A DNA stretch of 38,136 nt from an uncultured Ardenticatenaceae bacterium (GCA_964421605.1 CAYQYJ010000005.1:1-38136); one strand, 5' to 3'; shown: positions 19,634 through 29,594, numbered from the stretch's first letter. The notes: generated by a model not told the origin, from the sequence alone. A program made the numbers and translations.

Positions 19634-19728
19634 TCTGCTGTTCATTATCTATCCTTACCCTGATCGGCGCTGTCAATCAGCGGTTGGTCTTGCCAAAAAT
19701 CTTCCCACCAAACAAGGAGAACCCCGCC

Positions 19729-20484
19729 ATGAAACTTGGATACCGCGTGCAAATTGCCATTGGCGTAGCTGATCTGGCGGAGTCATTAGATTTTTATCGC
19801 CGGCTGGGGTTTGTGGAGGTGGCTGCCAGCCACGAGCCGTATCCCTGGGCGCAGTTGACAGATGGACAGAATCTTATCTTGCTCAATCAGGATGGCATGA
19901 GCTATCGGGGCTTGATTTATTTCAGCGATGATGTGGCGGCGCGCGTGCGGCATATTGAAGATGCCGGCATCCCCTTCATCCACAAAACAGAACACAACGG
20001 TCAGGTAGTGCAGGCTATCCTCTACAACGACGCGCAGCAATTTGGCGTCAATCTGCTGGCTCATGACGCCAGCGACCTGTACCAACCCACAGGCGAACCC
20101 GTCACCCGCTGCGGTAAATTTGGCGAATTTGCCATTCCCGTCGCCAACATTAGAGACGCCTACGACTTCTGGCACACCCTCGGCTTTGCCAGGTTGGGCG
20201 GCAACTTTGACCCGGCTACGGGCGAAAGCGACGGCAGTTGGGGCCCTTACACCTGGGGTATCATTTCTGATGGGCTGATGGTGCTGGGCTTACACGAAAC
20301 GACTGATTTCAAAGAACCGACGTTGACCTATTTTGCCGGCAATCAAGCTGAAACCCTGGCGCAGCTCAAAAACGAAAACTTCACCTTTACCTTTAGCTCG
20401 CCTGATGAAAATGGCGTCGTGGCTAATGCCGGCCTGGCTGCCCCCGATGGGCAAAAACTCTTCCTGTTTCAGGGTGAAATATGA
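19729..20484 (+). CDS. VOC-family (glyoxalase/bleomycin-resistance/dioxygenase fold) protein, two-domain
   Basis: The ATG at 19729 lies 8 nt after AAGGAGA. The N-terminus KLGYRVQIAIGVADLAESLDFYRRLGF is typical of VOC proteins, and a second repeat has RDAYDFWHTLGF. Confidence 0.8.
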   Translation: MKLGYRVQIAIGVADLAESLDFYRRLGFVEVAASHEPYPWAQLTDGQNLILLNQDGMSYRGLIYFSDDVAARVRHIEDAGIPFIHKTEHNGQVVQAILYNDAQQFGVNLLAHDASDLYQPTGEPVTRCGKFGEFAIPVANIRDAYDFWHTLGFARLGGNFDPATGESDGSWGPYTWGIISDGLMVLGLHETTDFKEPTLTYFAGNQAETLAQLKNENFTFTFSSPDENGVVANAGLAAPDGQKLFLFQGEI

Positions 20485-21326
20485 CCACACTGCACGAAGC
20501 TGTACACCAACTCGCCCAGGTTACCCAATCATTCAGTGAAGCAGACCTTGACCGTGACTGGACGTGGCTTTATCACGATGAAGGCGTACGCTTCGCCCTT
20601 ATTGGAACCTACCACGAACTGCGCACCCTGGCTGTGACCGTGAGCAATATCTGGCAAACGCAGCCGCGCCCGCCAGCGCAGCACGCCCTGGCGCAATTCC
20701 ACGCCGCTTTCCGGGAATTGGAAGCCGTCCTCCTCAGCGCCAACACAACCCTGCTGGACACCCGCCCCGCCCCCGAAGAATGGCCGCTGCGCATCATTCT
20801 GGGACATATGCTCTTTGTAAATCGCGGCTTCTTCACCCAGATCCACTATGCGCTGCACCGTGACCCATCCGACCCGCGCGATGCCCCGCCCACATACAGT
20901 GAGCAACTGCTAGGCAGCGACGGCGACATGGAATCGCTGCTGGACAACACCGATCTGGACGGCATTATGGCCGCCTTCACCGCCCTGCACCACCGCATCC
21001 TGGACGAACTGGCTGGCCTGACGCCCGCGCAGTTAGCCGTCCATACCTGGTGGTGGGAAGAGGCGGACATTCCTGTCTCCTTCCGGCTACACCGCTTTGA
21101 CGCCCATTTGCGACAGCACACTATCCAGGCAGAGAAAACGTTGGCGCAGCTAGGCTACCCGCCTGGCGAAGCTCACCAATGGCTGCGGCTCGTCTATCAG
21201 GCGTTGGCAGAAGTGGAAGGCTGGCAAATTGGCGCGCCACACGTCGGTGTAACAGAATGCCAGGCGGCAGCGAGCTTAATTGCCGCACGGGCGCAGGAAA
21301 TCAGCCGCCTCGTAGCCGGCGGCTGA
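20481..21326 (+). CDS. DinB-family (DinB_2-like four-helix bundle) protein
   Basis: ATGA overlap with the VOC gene. The length and spaced His residues (ILGHMLF, LHRFDAHLRQH) resemble DinB/YfiT-like metalloproteins. Confidence 0.7.
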   Translation: MTTLHEAVHQLAQVTQSFSEADLDRDWTWLYHDEGVRFALIGTYHELRTLAVTVSNIWQTQPRPPAQHALAQFHAAFRELEAVLLSANTTLLDTRPAPEEWPLRIILGHMLFVNRGFFTQIHYALHRDPSDPRDAPPTYSEQLLGSDGDMESLLDNTDLDGIMAAFTALHHRILDELAGLTPAQLAVHTWWWEEADIPVSFRLHRFDAHLRQHTIQAEKTLAQLGYPPGEAHQWLRLVYQALAEVEGWQIGAPHVGVTECQAAASLIAARAQEISRLVAGG

Positions 21327-21350
21327 TTCGCTTATCAGGCAGTATAGCCT

Positions 21351-24008
21351 CTAATCGCGGCTCTCAGGCTCTGGCGTAGATTGGGCGACCAGAAATTGCT
21401 GCACCAGCGCCCGTTCGTCTGTCTCATCGTCAATAAAACCGTCCAACCGCCCCGCCAGCAAATGATCCAGCAAATCCCCTAATTCAGGCCCTCGCGCCAC
21501 ACCCATCGCCATTAAATCATATCCGTTCAGAGCAGGCGTAACGTGCCGCCACGCCTGCTGATACTGTTGTATCAGTTGGGCGGCAGCCACTTTGCCTTCA
21601 GCCAACAATTTGGCCTCGACGGTTACTAACACGCGGGCGCTGGCTGCATGGGCGCGCACCAACCGCACAACTTCGCTGGGGCGGCACGCTGGCGCAAGCT
21701 GCGCCAGACCGCGCAGCAGATTGTACGCCGCTTCCATATCTTGCTGCGTTGTCTTGCGCACGCGCAGGCGGCTCATGACGCCACTCTGCGCCGCTGCCGG
21801 CAGCGGCAGCAGCCACAAAATGAAGTAAACGACCACCAGGTCTTGGGGGCGCAAATGGGGCTGCCAGAGAGGATGGGCGAAAAGCGCAGCCGCCTGCGTA
21901 AAACTTTTCACCGTCTCTGGCTGCCAGCTTAACTGGGGGTGCAGCACATGCAGCACCCCCAACTGCCCCAGCCGCGCCAGTACGCGCTCTGGCTCCGCTT
22001 CTTGCAAAGCCAACTCAATCTCATGGCGAATCCGATCCCCGGTGATGCGCAGCAGCATGGGCAAGGCGTCCGCAATCAACTCCGCCGTCCGCTCCTCAAT
22101 CACAAACGCCAGCCGCTGCTCCAGCCGCGCCGCCCGCAAAATGCGCGTGGGATCGTCAATAAAGCTCAGGCTGTGCAGCACGCGAATCACGCCATGTTCC
22201 AGATCGCGCTGTCCCCCATAAAAGTCTAGCAACTGCCCCAGATGCGCCCCATCCAGGCGTACCGCCAGCGTGTTAATGGTAAAATCGCGGCGATGCAGGT
22301 CTAACTTAATAGAACTGCGGGCTACTTCGGGCAGGGCTGTGGGACGGGCGTAAAACTCCGTGCGGGCGGTGACAAAATCTATACTGTCGGGAACACCCTG
22401 CGGCGGTTGCTCTGGCGCAATGGCTTGCCACACCTGAGCAGACGTCAGCCATTTGGCTGTGCCAAACCGCGTATGGGTGCGCAAGTCGCCGCCATATCGG
22501 GCTTGCAACACCGATACCAGCACAATCGCATCCCCTTCCACCACCATGTCAATGTCCACAGATGGCTTGCCCAACAGCAAGTCGCGCACCAGCCCTCCCA
22601 CAAAGTACAAAGAAATGCCCTGATCGGCGGCAACCTGGCTGATCGCCTGCACCATTTGCCAGACGGCTGGCTCTAACATGCGGGACATGAGCTGGCGCAT
22701 ATTGGGCTGGCGCGCCGGCGGGCGGCTTGGCTGGGAGAGTAAAGCTAACAAATCGGTGCGCGTGACAATGCCCAACAGTTCCGGCGGTTGGGTCGGCGTC
22801 ACCACCGGAATCTGTCCCCATCCTTCTTCGATCATGAGCTGCTGCACCCGTTCTACGCTGTCATCGGGACAAACCATCACCTGACCCGCCTGCATCACCT
22901 GATGCACTGCCAGGTCACCCAATTTATGGCTCATGGCGCGATCCACGGCGCGCCGCGTCAGCAAACCAATAATCTGGTTTTGCTCGTCTATCACCGGATA
23001 CCCTTCGTGTCCCAGGCGCTGCATCTGCTCCGCCGCTGTGGCTACGGGGGTCGCGGCAGTGACCGTCTTGACGCCATGCGACATCAACTGCGCCACTTTG
23101 ACCATCGGCTTAATCACCTGCGGCAGCAAATCCAGCACCCGCTGCCGCGCCCCGTCCAGCGCAGTATCCATAATCATGGCGGCAGCGGCGCGGCTGTGCC
23201 CGCCGCCGCCCAACGCCGCCGCCAATGCGCCCACATCCACCTGCTCGGTGCTGCTGCGAGCCACCAACTGCACGTGTTGGGTCAGTTCTACCAGCACCAA
23301 TAAACTGTCCGGTACCAAAGCATCCCGCATCCGATGGGCCACGCTGGAGATTTCATCATCGAAACGGGGTGGGGCTTTGGCTGTGGCCAGCAAAATGCTC
23401 TGGCCCTCGATAGTCAACCACTCTGCGCCCGCCTGTAATTGGGCGTAAAGCGCTTGCTGCTCCTGGGTCAGCGGAATTTCCAAAAAGCGGCGCACGATGT
23501 TTAGCTGCGCGTCCTGAGCCATTAACCAGGCTGTGGCCTGGGCATCCCGCATGGTAGAAGTGTCGTAGGTAAGCGAACCCGTATCTTCATGGATACCCAA
23601 TAGAAGCAGCGTCGCTTCTTCGGGCGAGAGGGTGAGGCCAGCCGCCTGCAGCATTTCCACTAACATGGTGGTCGTGGCTCCCACAGGTTGGTAATGAACG
23701 GTCCAGGAGGCGGGCATCTCGCCTACCAGATGGTGGTCAAAAACGCGCACGTTTACGCCTGGCTTGACGCCGCGCACGTTAGGCAGCGACTGTGTGTCTA
23801 CCAACACAATGTCGTCCACTTTCTTGCGCCGCCACTCCTCCATGCGCACAAACCCTAACGAACCGCCATACAGAGCTAAAAACTGGTAGACGTTGCGATT
23901 GACTCGCCGCGGCAAAAGAGGTACGCCTTCCGGGTATAGTTTATGCGCCGCCAACTGCGAAGCAACCGCGTCAAAATCACCGTTTTCATGGGTCAGGATA
24001 AGTAACAT
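21351..24008 (-). CDS. DHH/DHHA1 phosphoesterase - CBS pair - tRNA nucleotidyltransferase (CCA-adding/poly(A) polymerase family) fusion protein
   Basis: N-terminal LILTHENGDFDAVAS matches DHH-family motif I; GGGGHSRAAAA is the DHHA1 motif. CBS-like repeats follow. YFVGGLVRDLLLGKPSVDIDMVVEG is the PolyA_pol head domain. Start chosen at MLLILTHEN (24008). Confidence 0.85.
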   Translation of the reverse strand: MLLILTHENGDFDAVASQLAAHKLYPEGVPLLPRRVNRNVYQFLALYGGSLGFVRMEEWRRKKVDDIVLVDTQSLPNVRGVKPGVNVRVFDHHLVGEMPASWTVHYQPVGATTTMLVEMLQAAGLTLSPEEATLLLLGIHEDTGSLTYDTSTMRDAQATAWLMAQDAQLNIVRRFLEIPLTQEQQALYAQLQAGAEWLTIEGQSILLATAKAPPRFDDEISSVAHRMRDALVPDSLLVLVELTQHVQLVARSSTEQVDVGALAAALGGGGHSRAAAAMIMDTALDGARQRVLDLLPQVIKPMVKVAQLMSHGVKTVTAATPVATAAEQMQRLGHEGYPVIDEQNQIIGLLTRRAVDRAMSHKLGDLAVHQVMQAGQVMVCPDDSVERVQQLMIEEGWGQIPVVTPTQPPELLGIVTRTDLLALLSQPSRPPARQPNMRQLMSRMLEPAVWQMVQAISQVAADQGISLYFVGGLVRDLLLGKPSVDIDMVVEGDAIVLVSVLQARYGGDLRTHTRFGTAKWLTSAQVWQAIAPEQPPQGVPDSIDFVTARTEFYARPTALPEVARSSIKLDLHRRDFTINTLAVRLDGAHLGQLLDFYGGQRDLEHGVIRVLHSLSFIDDPTRILRAARLEQRLAFVIEERTAELIADALPMLLRITGDRIRHEIELALQEAEPERVLARLGQLGVLHVLHPQLSWQPETVKSFTQAAALFAHPLWQPHLRPQDLVVVYFILWLLPLPAAAQSGVMSRLRVRKTTQQDMEAAYNLLRGLAQLAPACRPSEVVRLVRAHAASARVLVTVEAKLLAEGKVAAAQLIQQYQQAWRHVTPALNGYDLMAMGVARGPELGDLLDHLLAGRLDGFIDDETDERALVQQFLVAQSTPEPESRD

Positions 24009-24142
24009 GGCTCGATTATACTCTGTTACGGCAGGTGGGGCGCACATTTTGCCGGCATACCTACCAACCGCGCCCATTTTGCCATAGAATGGAGACGTCG
24101 TGTTGTTTTCTGTGTCATAGCGTTCAAAAGGAGAATAGAACC

Positions 24143-24634
24143 ATGGTGGAATTGTTGCACGCGGATGGGTTTCTGGGCACAGCGGCAAATTTTGCCGCTG
24201 ACATGACGTTGATTCTTTGCCTCCTGGTGGCCCTCATCTTCACTACAGGCGCATGGCTGGCGCGGCGGCGGCAGTATGAGATACACCGCTGGGTGCAAAC
24301 CAGCGGCGCACTATTGAACGTGATTTTGGTGTTGTGGCTCATGGTGCTGCCTTATCGTGATTTTGTAATACGCGACCTGGCGGCTCCGCGTCCCCGCCCG
24401 GATTTCTTTTATTGGGTGACGACGATACATGCCGGCATGGGCTTGCTCGCTTTTGTCTTTGGCAACTTTGTTATGCTGCGCGGCAACAACCTGATGATTG
24501 CCCGCTTGAAGTTCAACAACTACAAACCGTACATGCGCGCAGCTTACATCTTATACATGACCACTACACTGTTGGGCGTCCTGGTCTATCTTTCCTGGTT
24601 TGTTTTCATTCCCAATCCGCCCATCTACGAGTAG
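24143..24634 (+). CDS. Four-TM membrane protein (DUF420/DUF4079-like), function unknown
   Basis: The ATG at 24143 lies 9 nt after AAAGGAG. There are four hydrophobic helices with conserved-looking His residues. The family assignment is tentative. Confidence 0.65.
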   Translation: MVELLHADGFLGTAANFAADMTLILCLLVALIFTTGAWLARRRQYEIHRWVQTSGALLNVILVLWLMVLPYRDFVIRDLAAPRPRPDFFYWVTTIHAGMGLLAFVFGNFVMLRGNNLMIARLKFNNYKPYMRAAYILYMTTTLLGVLVYLSWFVFIPNPPIYE

Positions 24635-24762
24635 AGACGCCGTGTGCGCAATTTTGCTCAATTTTGGCCTGGTTTTACGAATTGAGCATTCCGCATTACA
24701 ATCAGGGTTGAAGTGAAGTAAGCTTCTGGCTTGTGATACAAGAGACGGGACAATAAACGAGC

Positions 24763-25953
24763 GTGAGAATTAACGAGCTAATTAGCCGCGACCCGGCTGC
24801 CTGGACAACCATACTGCAACAGCGCGCCGCTACCCAGGCTGTTTCCGTGACGCGCGTTGCGGCGACGGCGCTGAACCGCAGCCTGATCCGCTTTTCCCTG
24901 ACGCTGGCAGAGCATTCTGACCCCATCACGCTCATAGGCAAACGCACCAACGCCGCCGAAGCCGCCTTCTATCGCGATCTGGGCCCCCGCCTCAGCTTTC
25001 TAACGCCCCGCTGTTGGTACAGTTATGTCGGCGAAGAACGGGGATGGGTGGTCATCGAAGACGTTCCTGATAACCGCCCCCCCGAAAAATGGCGCGATCG
25101 GGACGTGGAGCGCGTGGTGAGCAATCTGGCAGCCTTACACATCGCCCACTGGAACCGCCCCACCGAACTGCAAACCTATTCCTGGCTGCCCTGGTTTTTA
25201 TGGTCCACTGCGCCTCATGAAACGTGGAGTCCGTTAGCGGAAAATATCCGGTTGTCTCGTTCAGCTTCCCGTCTGGTTTCACCTCATGCCATAGCCAGCG
25301 CCGGCCCGCTGACGCTAGAGTTTTACCGCGCCGCTGTTTGTCTGGCGACATTGCAGAAATTGGGGGGCTGGCCCGGCGTAATTGACCAACCATTCCTGGA
25401 CGCCCTGGCTGACTTGCTCGATGATCCTGTGCCCATGCTGTATCCGCTCCGTTCATTGCCCAGCACCTTGCTGCACGGCGAACCAGCGCCACGCCATTGG
25501 CGTTTAACCCTGTTTGGCGACTGCAATCTCCTGGATTGGCAGGGCGTCAGTATTGGGCCTTCAGTTTGCGACCTGGTCAGCTTTGTGGAAAACATTGAGC
25601 AGGTGAATACCCTGGCGGTGGGGGAGCAGCCGCGCGACGTAACGCAATTGCGCATGGAAACGCTGGTGGATTCTTATTTACTGCGCATGTATGAAGCGTT
25701 ATGGCCCCTCTTTAACCCCCGCGAGTTGCGCAAAGCCATGCCTGCCGCCCAATGTCTCTACGTGTTAACTCAGTGGCTGCCCCTGCTTTCTCATTGGTTC
25801 GATCCTCTGGTTGAAGACGATACAACTTTGCTGAAGTTTGGGCGTATTACTGATCAACATTTGCTGGAAGCGGGTTGCATTGATGCGGTACGTTACCGCC
25901 CGTATCTGGCTGACCTGGTGCAGCGGTTTATGCAAGCATTCAGGGCTTTGTAA
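24763..25953 (+). CDS. Phosphotransferase (APH/EcKL-like kinase fold) family protein
   Basis: GTG start. AAFYRDLGP, WVVIEDV, LLHGEPAPRHW and LLDWQGVSIGPSVCDLVSF align by eye with aminoglycoside and ecdysteroid-kinase-like phosphotransferases. Confidence 0.7.
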   Translation: MRINELISRDPAAWTTILQQRAATQAVSVTRVAATALNRSLIRFSLTLAEHSDPITLIGKRTNAAEAAFYRDLGPRLSFLTPRCWYSYVGEERGWVVIEDVPDNRPPEKWRDRDVERVVSNLAALHIAHWNRPTELQTYSWLPWFLWSTAPHETWSPLAENIRLSRSASRLVSPHAIASAGPLTLEFYRAAVCLATLQKLGGWPGVIDQPFLDALADLLDDPVPMLYPLRSLPSTLLHGEPAPRHWRLTLFGDCNLLDWQGVSIGPSVCDLVSFVENIEQVNTLAVGEQPRDVTQLRMETLVDSYLLRMYEALWPLFNPRELRKAMPAAQCLYVLTQWLPLLSHWFDPLVEDDTTLLKFGRITDQHLLEAGCIDAVRYRPYLADLVQRFMQAFRAL

Positions 25954-25995
25954 TATCTGCTAACGGCAACGGCGCGGCGCATACGCTACTGGAGC

Positions 25996-26502
25996 ATGAC
26001 GGTGTGGTCTTTCCTTCTTGAATCGCTATCTTTTGGGGTGACAGTCGCTTTTATGTTGGTTGGCGTGGTGGGCGTAGTTGTGCCGCTGTTTCCAGGGCTG
26101 TTGTTAGTATGGCTAAGCCTGACGCTCTACGCTGTCCTTGACGGCTTCACCGTGATTAACGGGGGCCTTTATGCGGGTCTGACTGCGTTCGCCTTGATCA
26201 CCAGCACGGCGGATTTGTGGCTGCCTTTGCTGGGGGCCAGGGCCACGGGCGCCTCGCGGCGGGGTATTGTCTATGGCACGGTGGGGGCGCTGCTGGGTTT
26301 TATTGTGTTGAACTTGATCGGCGCCGTGGTCGGATATGCCGCCGGGGTCGTCGTAGGCGAGTACCACCTTCATCAAGACTGGCAAAAAGCAATTAAAGCC
26401 AGTCTGGGCGGGTTAGCGGGCATTGGCGTGTCTACCTTAATTCAGTTAGGGGCGGCTATCATTATTGTGGTCATTTTTGTGTGGCGGGTGCTCACCTTTT
26501 AG
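25996..26502 (+). CDS. DUF456 domain-containing membrane protein
   Basis: PLFPGLLLVW, GARATGASRRG and GYAAGVVVGEY...AIKASLGGLAG follow the DUF456 pattern. Confidence 0.7.
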   Translation: MTVWSFLLESLSFGVTVAFMLVGVVGVVVPLFPGLLLVWLSLTLYAVLDGFTVINGGLYAGLTAFALITSTADLWLPLLGARATGASRRGIVYGTVGALLGFIVLNLIGAVVGYAAGVVVGEYHLHQDWQKAIKASLGGLAGIGVSTLIQLGAAIIIVVIFVWRVLTF

Positions 26503-26509
26503 GCAGCTT

Positions 26510-26869
26510 ATGACGACGGAACAACTGCGCTCAATTGGGTTGGTGGTTGCCGGCATTCTCGCCGTTAACCTCATCCTCTTCACCATTCTCATGACCCTGG
26601 CTTACCGCCGCCTCAGACACCTGGAGATCCCGCCGGACGCCACCCTGGTAGAAACCCTGCACATCGTCCCCCTATTTCTGGTGCTGGCTATTGACCTTCT
26701 CGACCTGACCTTAGACTTCCTGGCTTTCCCCATCGTCTGGGTCATGCTCAACCGCATGGGGCTTAACGCCCTGCGTAACGTCTCTGCTATCGAAGCCGTC
26801 ATCCCATTCACTCAACCTATCCCCACCCTCACCCTGGCCTGGATCGGCGTGCGTCTGTTCCGCCTCTAG
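26510..26869 (+). CDS. Small membrane protein, hypothetical
   Basis: The ATG at 26510 lies 5 nt after the DUF456 stop. 119 aa with about three hydrophobic helices. No family recognised. Confidence 0.55.
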   Translation: MTTEQLRSIGLVVAGILAVNLILFTILMTLAYRRLRHLEIPPDATLVETLHIVPLFLVLAIDLLDLTLDFLAFPIVWVMLNRMGLNALRNVSAIEAVIPFTQPIPTLTLAWIGVRLFRL

Positions 26870-26876
26870 TTTAGAG

Positions 26877-26907
26877 TGGAGCAGTCTTGGAGACTGCTCC
26901 AGTCTCC
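26877..26907. terminator. Hairpin between convergent genes (likely bidirectional terminator)
   Basis: 11-bp stem TGGAGCAGTCT/AGACTGCTCCA with a 3-nt loop (26877-26901). An overlapping alternative 8-bp stem GGAGACTG/CAGTCTCC spans 26889-26907. Confidence 0.55.
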
Positions 26908-27899
26908 TACAAATCAATCGGGTTCCGCAAAATTTCTACTAACAACTGAATACAATGCTCCACGTCATGGGCATCCACTGTCTCGCTGGGCGTATGCACA
27001 TAACGGCAAGGAATAGAAATGCAGCCGGCGGCGCAACCTGGGCCGGCAATCTGCATAGGACGGGCATCCGTTGTGCCGCCATCCAACACTTCCAGTTGAT
27101 ACGGGATATTGGCTGCCTCGGCGCGCTGGCGCATTAACCGCACCAGCCCCGTGTGGGCGATCATGCCGCTATCTTTCACCTTAATGGCAGCCCCTGCCCC
27201 CAATCGCACAGCCATAGGGCGGGCTTCAGGCACGTCCCCCGTCAGGGTCACATCCAGGGCAATGCCCACGTCGGGCATAATGGCATTGGCGGCTGTTTGC
27301 GCGCCGCGCGTCCCCACCTCTTCCTGCACGCTAAAAACAAAATAGACGTCATGGGGCGTCGTAGACAGCCGCTTCAGCGCCTCAATAGCCACCACACAGC
27401 CAATCCGGTCATCCATTGTTTTGGCTGATAGACGGCTGCCTTGCGCCAGCAGCGGACGATAAAAACCTGCCGGCGCGCCCACGGCGACAGGGCAGTTTTC
27501 ACGGCTGGAAGCGCCCACGTCAATGAAATATTTGGATAACGGGTGTACTTCATGGGCATTTTCAAAACGATCCGCATGAATGATCCCCATTGTGCCATCG
27601 CCAAACTGCACTCGCCCTCCCATCAGAGTGTGGGCGGACACGCCGCCAATGTTAGTGAAACGCAGGAACCCTTCCTCGGTCACATGAGTGATCATGACGC
27701 CTATTTCGTCCATGTGTGCGGCAATCATCACCTTCAAGCCGCTGCCATCCCCCTTCTTGCGGGCAATCAGGTTGCCCAACGCATCCACGCTGATTTCATC
27801 AGCATAGGGTTCTATTTCCGGGCGAATAAGCTGCCGCATCGTGTCTTCAAAGCCTGAAGGCCCAAAAGCTTCCACCAGTTTCTTGATCAGTTCGTTCAT
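26907..27899 (-). CDS. M42-family metallopeptidase (glutamyl aminopeptidase/FrvX-like)
   Basis: MNELIKKLVEAFGPSGFED N-terminus, AHMDEIG and QEEVGTRGA motifs. Start at the ATG at 27899, which follows AGGAAC. Confidence 0.9.
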   Translation of the reverse strand: MNELIKKLVEAFGPSGFEDTMRQLIRPEIEPYADEISVDALGNLIARKKGDGSGLKVMIAAHMDEIGVMITHVTEEGFLRFTNIGGVSAHTLMGGRVQFGDGTMGIIHADRFENAHEVHPLSKYFIDVGASSRENCPVAVGAPAGFYRPLLAQGSRLSAKTMDDRIGCVVAIEALKRLSTTPHDVYFVFSVQEEVGTRGAQTAANAIMPDVGIALDVTLTGDVPEARPMAVRLGAGAAIKVKDSGMIAHTGLVRLMRQRAEAANIPYQLEVLDGGTTDARPMQIAGPGCAAGCISIPCRYVHTPSETVDAHDVEHCIQLLVEILRNPIDL

Positions 27900-28036
27900 A
27901 TAGGTTCCTGTGTTCTGTTTACCATTGCGCGACTCTGGAGTCGGGGCTTTAGCCGGTTTGTTTCGAGTGAAGTCCCCACGCTCACCAGTTAAGACACATT
28001 GGGGTTGCGTGGGTTGCATCCACTGTACGGGAGGCG

Positions 28037-29515
28037 TCAGCGTCGCAGTTGGTAGTTGGGGGCGTCCTGAATAATGCGAATGCTGTGCGGATGGCTTTCC
28101 ATTAAACCCGCATTAGTGATGCGAATAAACTGTGCCTTTTGGCGCAGTTCCGCCAGATTGTTGGCGCCAACGTACCCCATGCCTGCCCGCACGCCGCCGA
28201 TCATTTGATATAACACGTCCGTCAATTTGCCTTTGTAAGGGACCTGTCCTTCTATGCCTTCGGGAACCAGCTTGCTGCGTTCGCTGGCGGATTGACCGCT
28301 GCCATAGCGATCGGCGCCATACCCTTGCATTGCGCCCAGACTGCCCATGCCGCGATACAGTTTGTAGCGGCGACCTTCGTAGTGAACGACCTCGCCAGGA
28401 CTTTCTTCCAGACCCGCCAACAGCGAGCCTAACATGACGGCGTCTGCCCCGGCTGCCAGCGCTTTGACGATGTCGCCGCTGTATTTAATGCCGCCATCAG
28501 CAATAGCCGGGATATTTTGGCTGTGGGCAGCGGCGGCGCATTCCAGCACGGCGTGTACCTGAGGCACGCCAACACCCGAAATTATGCGCGTGGTACAGAT
28601 GGAGCCGGCGCCAATGCCGATTTTAACGGCGTCTGCCCCCGCCGCAATTAAATCGCGGGTGCCTTGAGCGGTGGCGACGTTGCCGGCAATGATCGGCAAC
28701 TGCGCATACCGACGTTTAGCCTCAGCCAAGGTATCAATCACCGAACGGGCGTGCCCATGCGCCGTGTCAATCACCGCCACATCTACGCCCGCGTTAACCA
28801 GTTGCTCCAACCGCTCTAACCCTTGGCCGCCTACCCCCACGGCTGCCGCGCACAACAACCGCCCGTTGTCGTCTGTCACCGCCAGCGGGTAATCAATTTT
28901 CTTCAAAATGTCTTTGACGGTGATCAATCCTTTTAGGCGGCCTTCTTCGTCCACCAGCGGCAGCTTTTCGATACGGTGGCGGTGCAAAATCTCTTTGGCG
29001 TTTTCCAGGCTGGTGCCCACAGGCGCGGTCACCAGATGCCCCGCTGTCATATATTCGGCTACCAATTGGGGCCCAGGCGTGACAAAACGGATGTCGCGGT
29101 TGGTGAGAATACCCAGCAGCCGGCCCGTTTCATCGGTGATAGGTACGCCAGAAATGTGGTAGCGGCTCATAATGGCTTCCGCTTCTGCCAGGGTTGCTGT
29201 CGGCGGCAGGGTGATGGGATCCACAATCATGCCGGCTTCGGAACGTTTCACTTTGTCTACTTCGTCTGCCTGTTCCACAGCGGAGAGATTACGGTGAATG
29301 ACGCCGATGCCGCCCAGGCGAGCCAGGCTGATCGCCATTTTGCCTTCGGTAACGGTGTCCATGGCGGCAGAAAGAATTGGGATGTTCAGGCGCAAATTGC
29401 CGGCAAGTCGCGTACGCAAATCCACTTCTGCCGGCAGCACCGAGGATGGCCCTGGCGTTAATAGCACATCGTCAAACGTCAGCGCCAGCGTGCTAAATCT
29501 ATCTTCCATGTTCAT
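28037..29515 (-). CDS. guaB: IMP dehydrogenase
   Basis: [11 protein letters not shown], an internal CBS pair, the catalytic loop [11 protein letters not shown], and [17 protein letters not shown]. Start is ATG at 29515 or 29509. Confidence 0.95.
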   Translation of the reverse strand: MNMEDRFSTLALTFDDVLLTPGPSSVLPAEVDLRTRLAGNLRLNIPILSAAMDTVTEGKMAISLARLGGIGVIHRNLSAVEQADEVDKVKRSEAGMIVDPITLPPTATLAEAEAIMSRYHISGVPITDETGRLLGILTNRDIRFVTPGPQLVAEYMTAGHLVTAPVGTSLENAKEILHRHRIEKLPLVDEEGRLKGLITVKDILKKIDYPLAVTDDNGRLLCAAAVGVGGQGLERLEQLVNAGVDVAVIDTAHGHARSVIDTLAEAKRRYAQLPIIAGNVATAQGTRDLIAAGADAVKIGIGAGSICTTRIISGVGVPQVHAVLECAAAAHSQNIPAIADGGIKYSGDIVKALAAGADAVMLGSLLAGLEESPGEVVHYEGRRYKLYRGMGSLGAMQGYGADRYGSGQSASERSKLVPEGIEGQVPYKGKLTDVLYQMIGGVRAGMGYVGANNLAELRQKAQFIRITNAGLMESHPHSIRIIQDAPNYQLRR

Positions 29516-29594
29516 GTCTTTCCCTAAAAATGGCTGCAAACGCCAGACAAGTTCAACTTCTGGGAGAAATTGAACTTCTAAATGCAGCGGCGGC

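Noticed and set aside
24655-24688. TGCTCAATT/AATTGAGCA 9-bp inverted repeat after the DUF420-like gene, considered as a terminator.
   Set aside because: It has a 16-nt loop, an AT-rich stem and no clear T-tract, so it is too weak to annotate.
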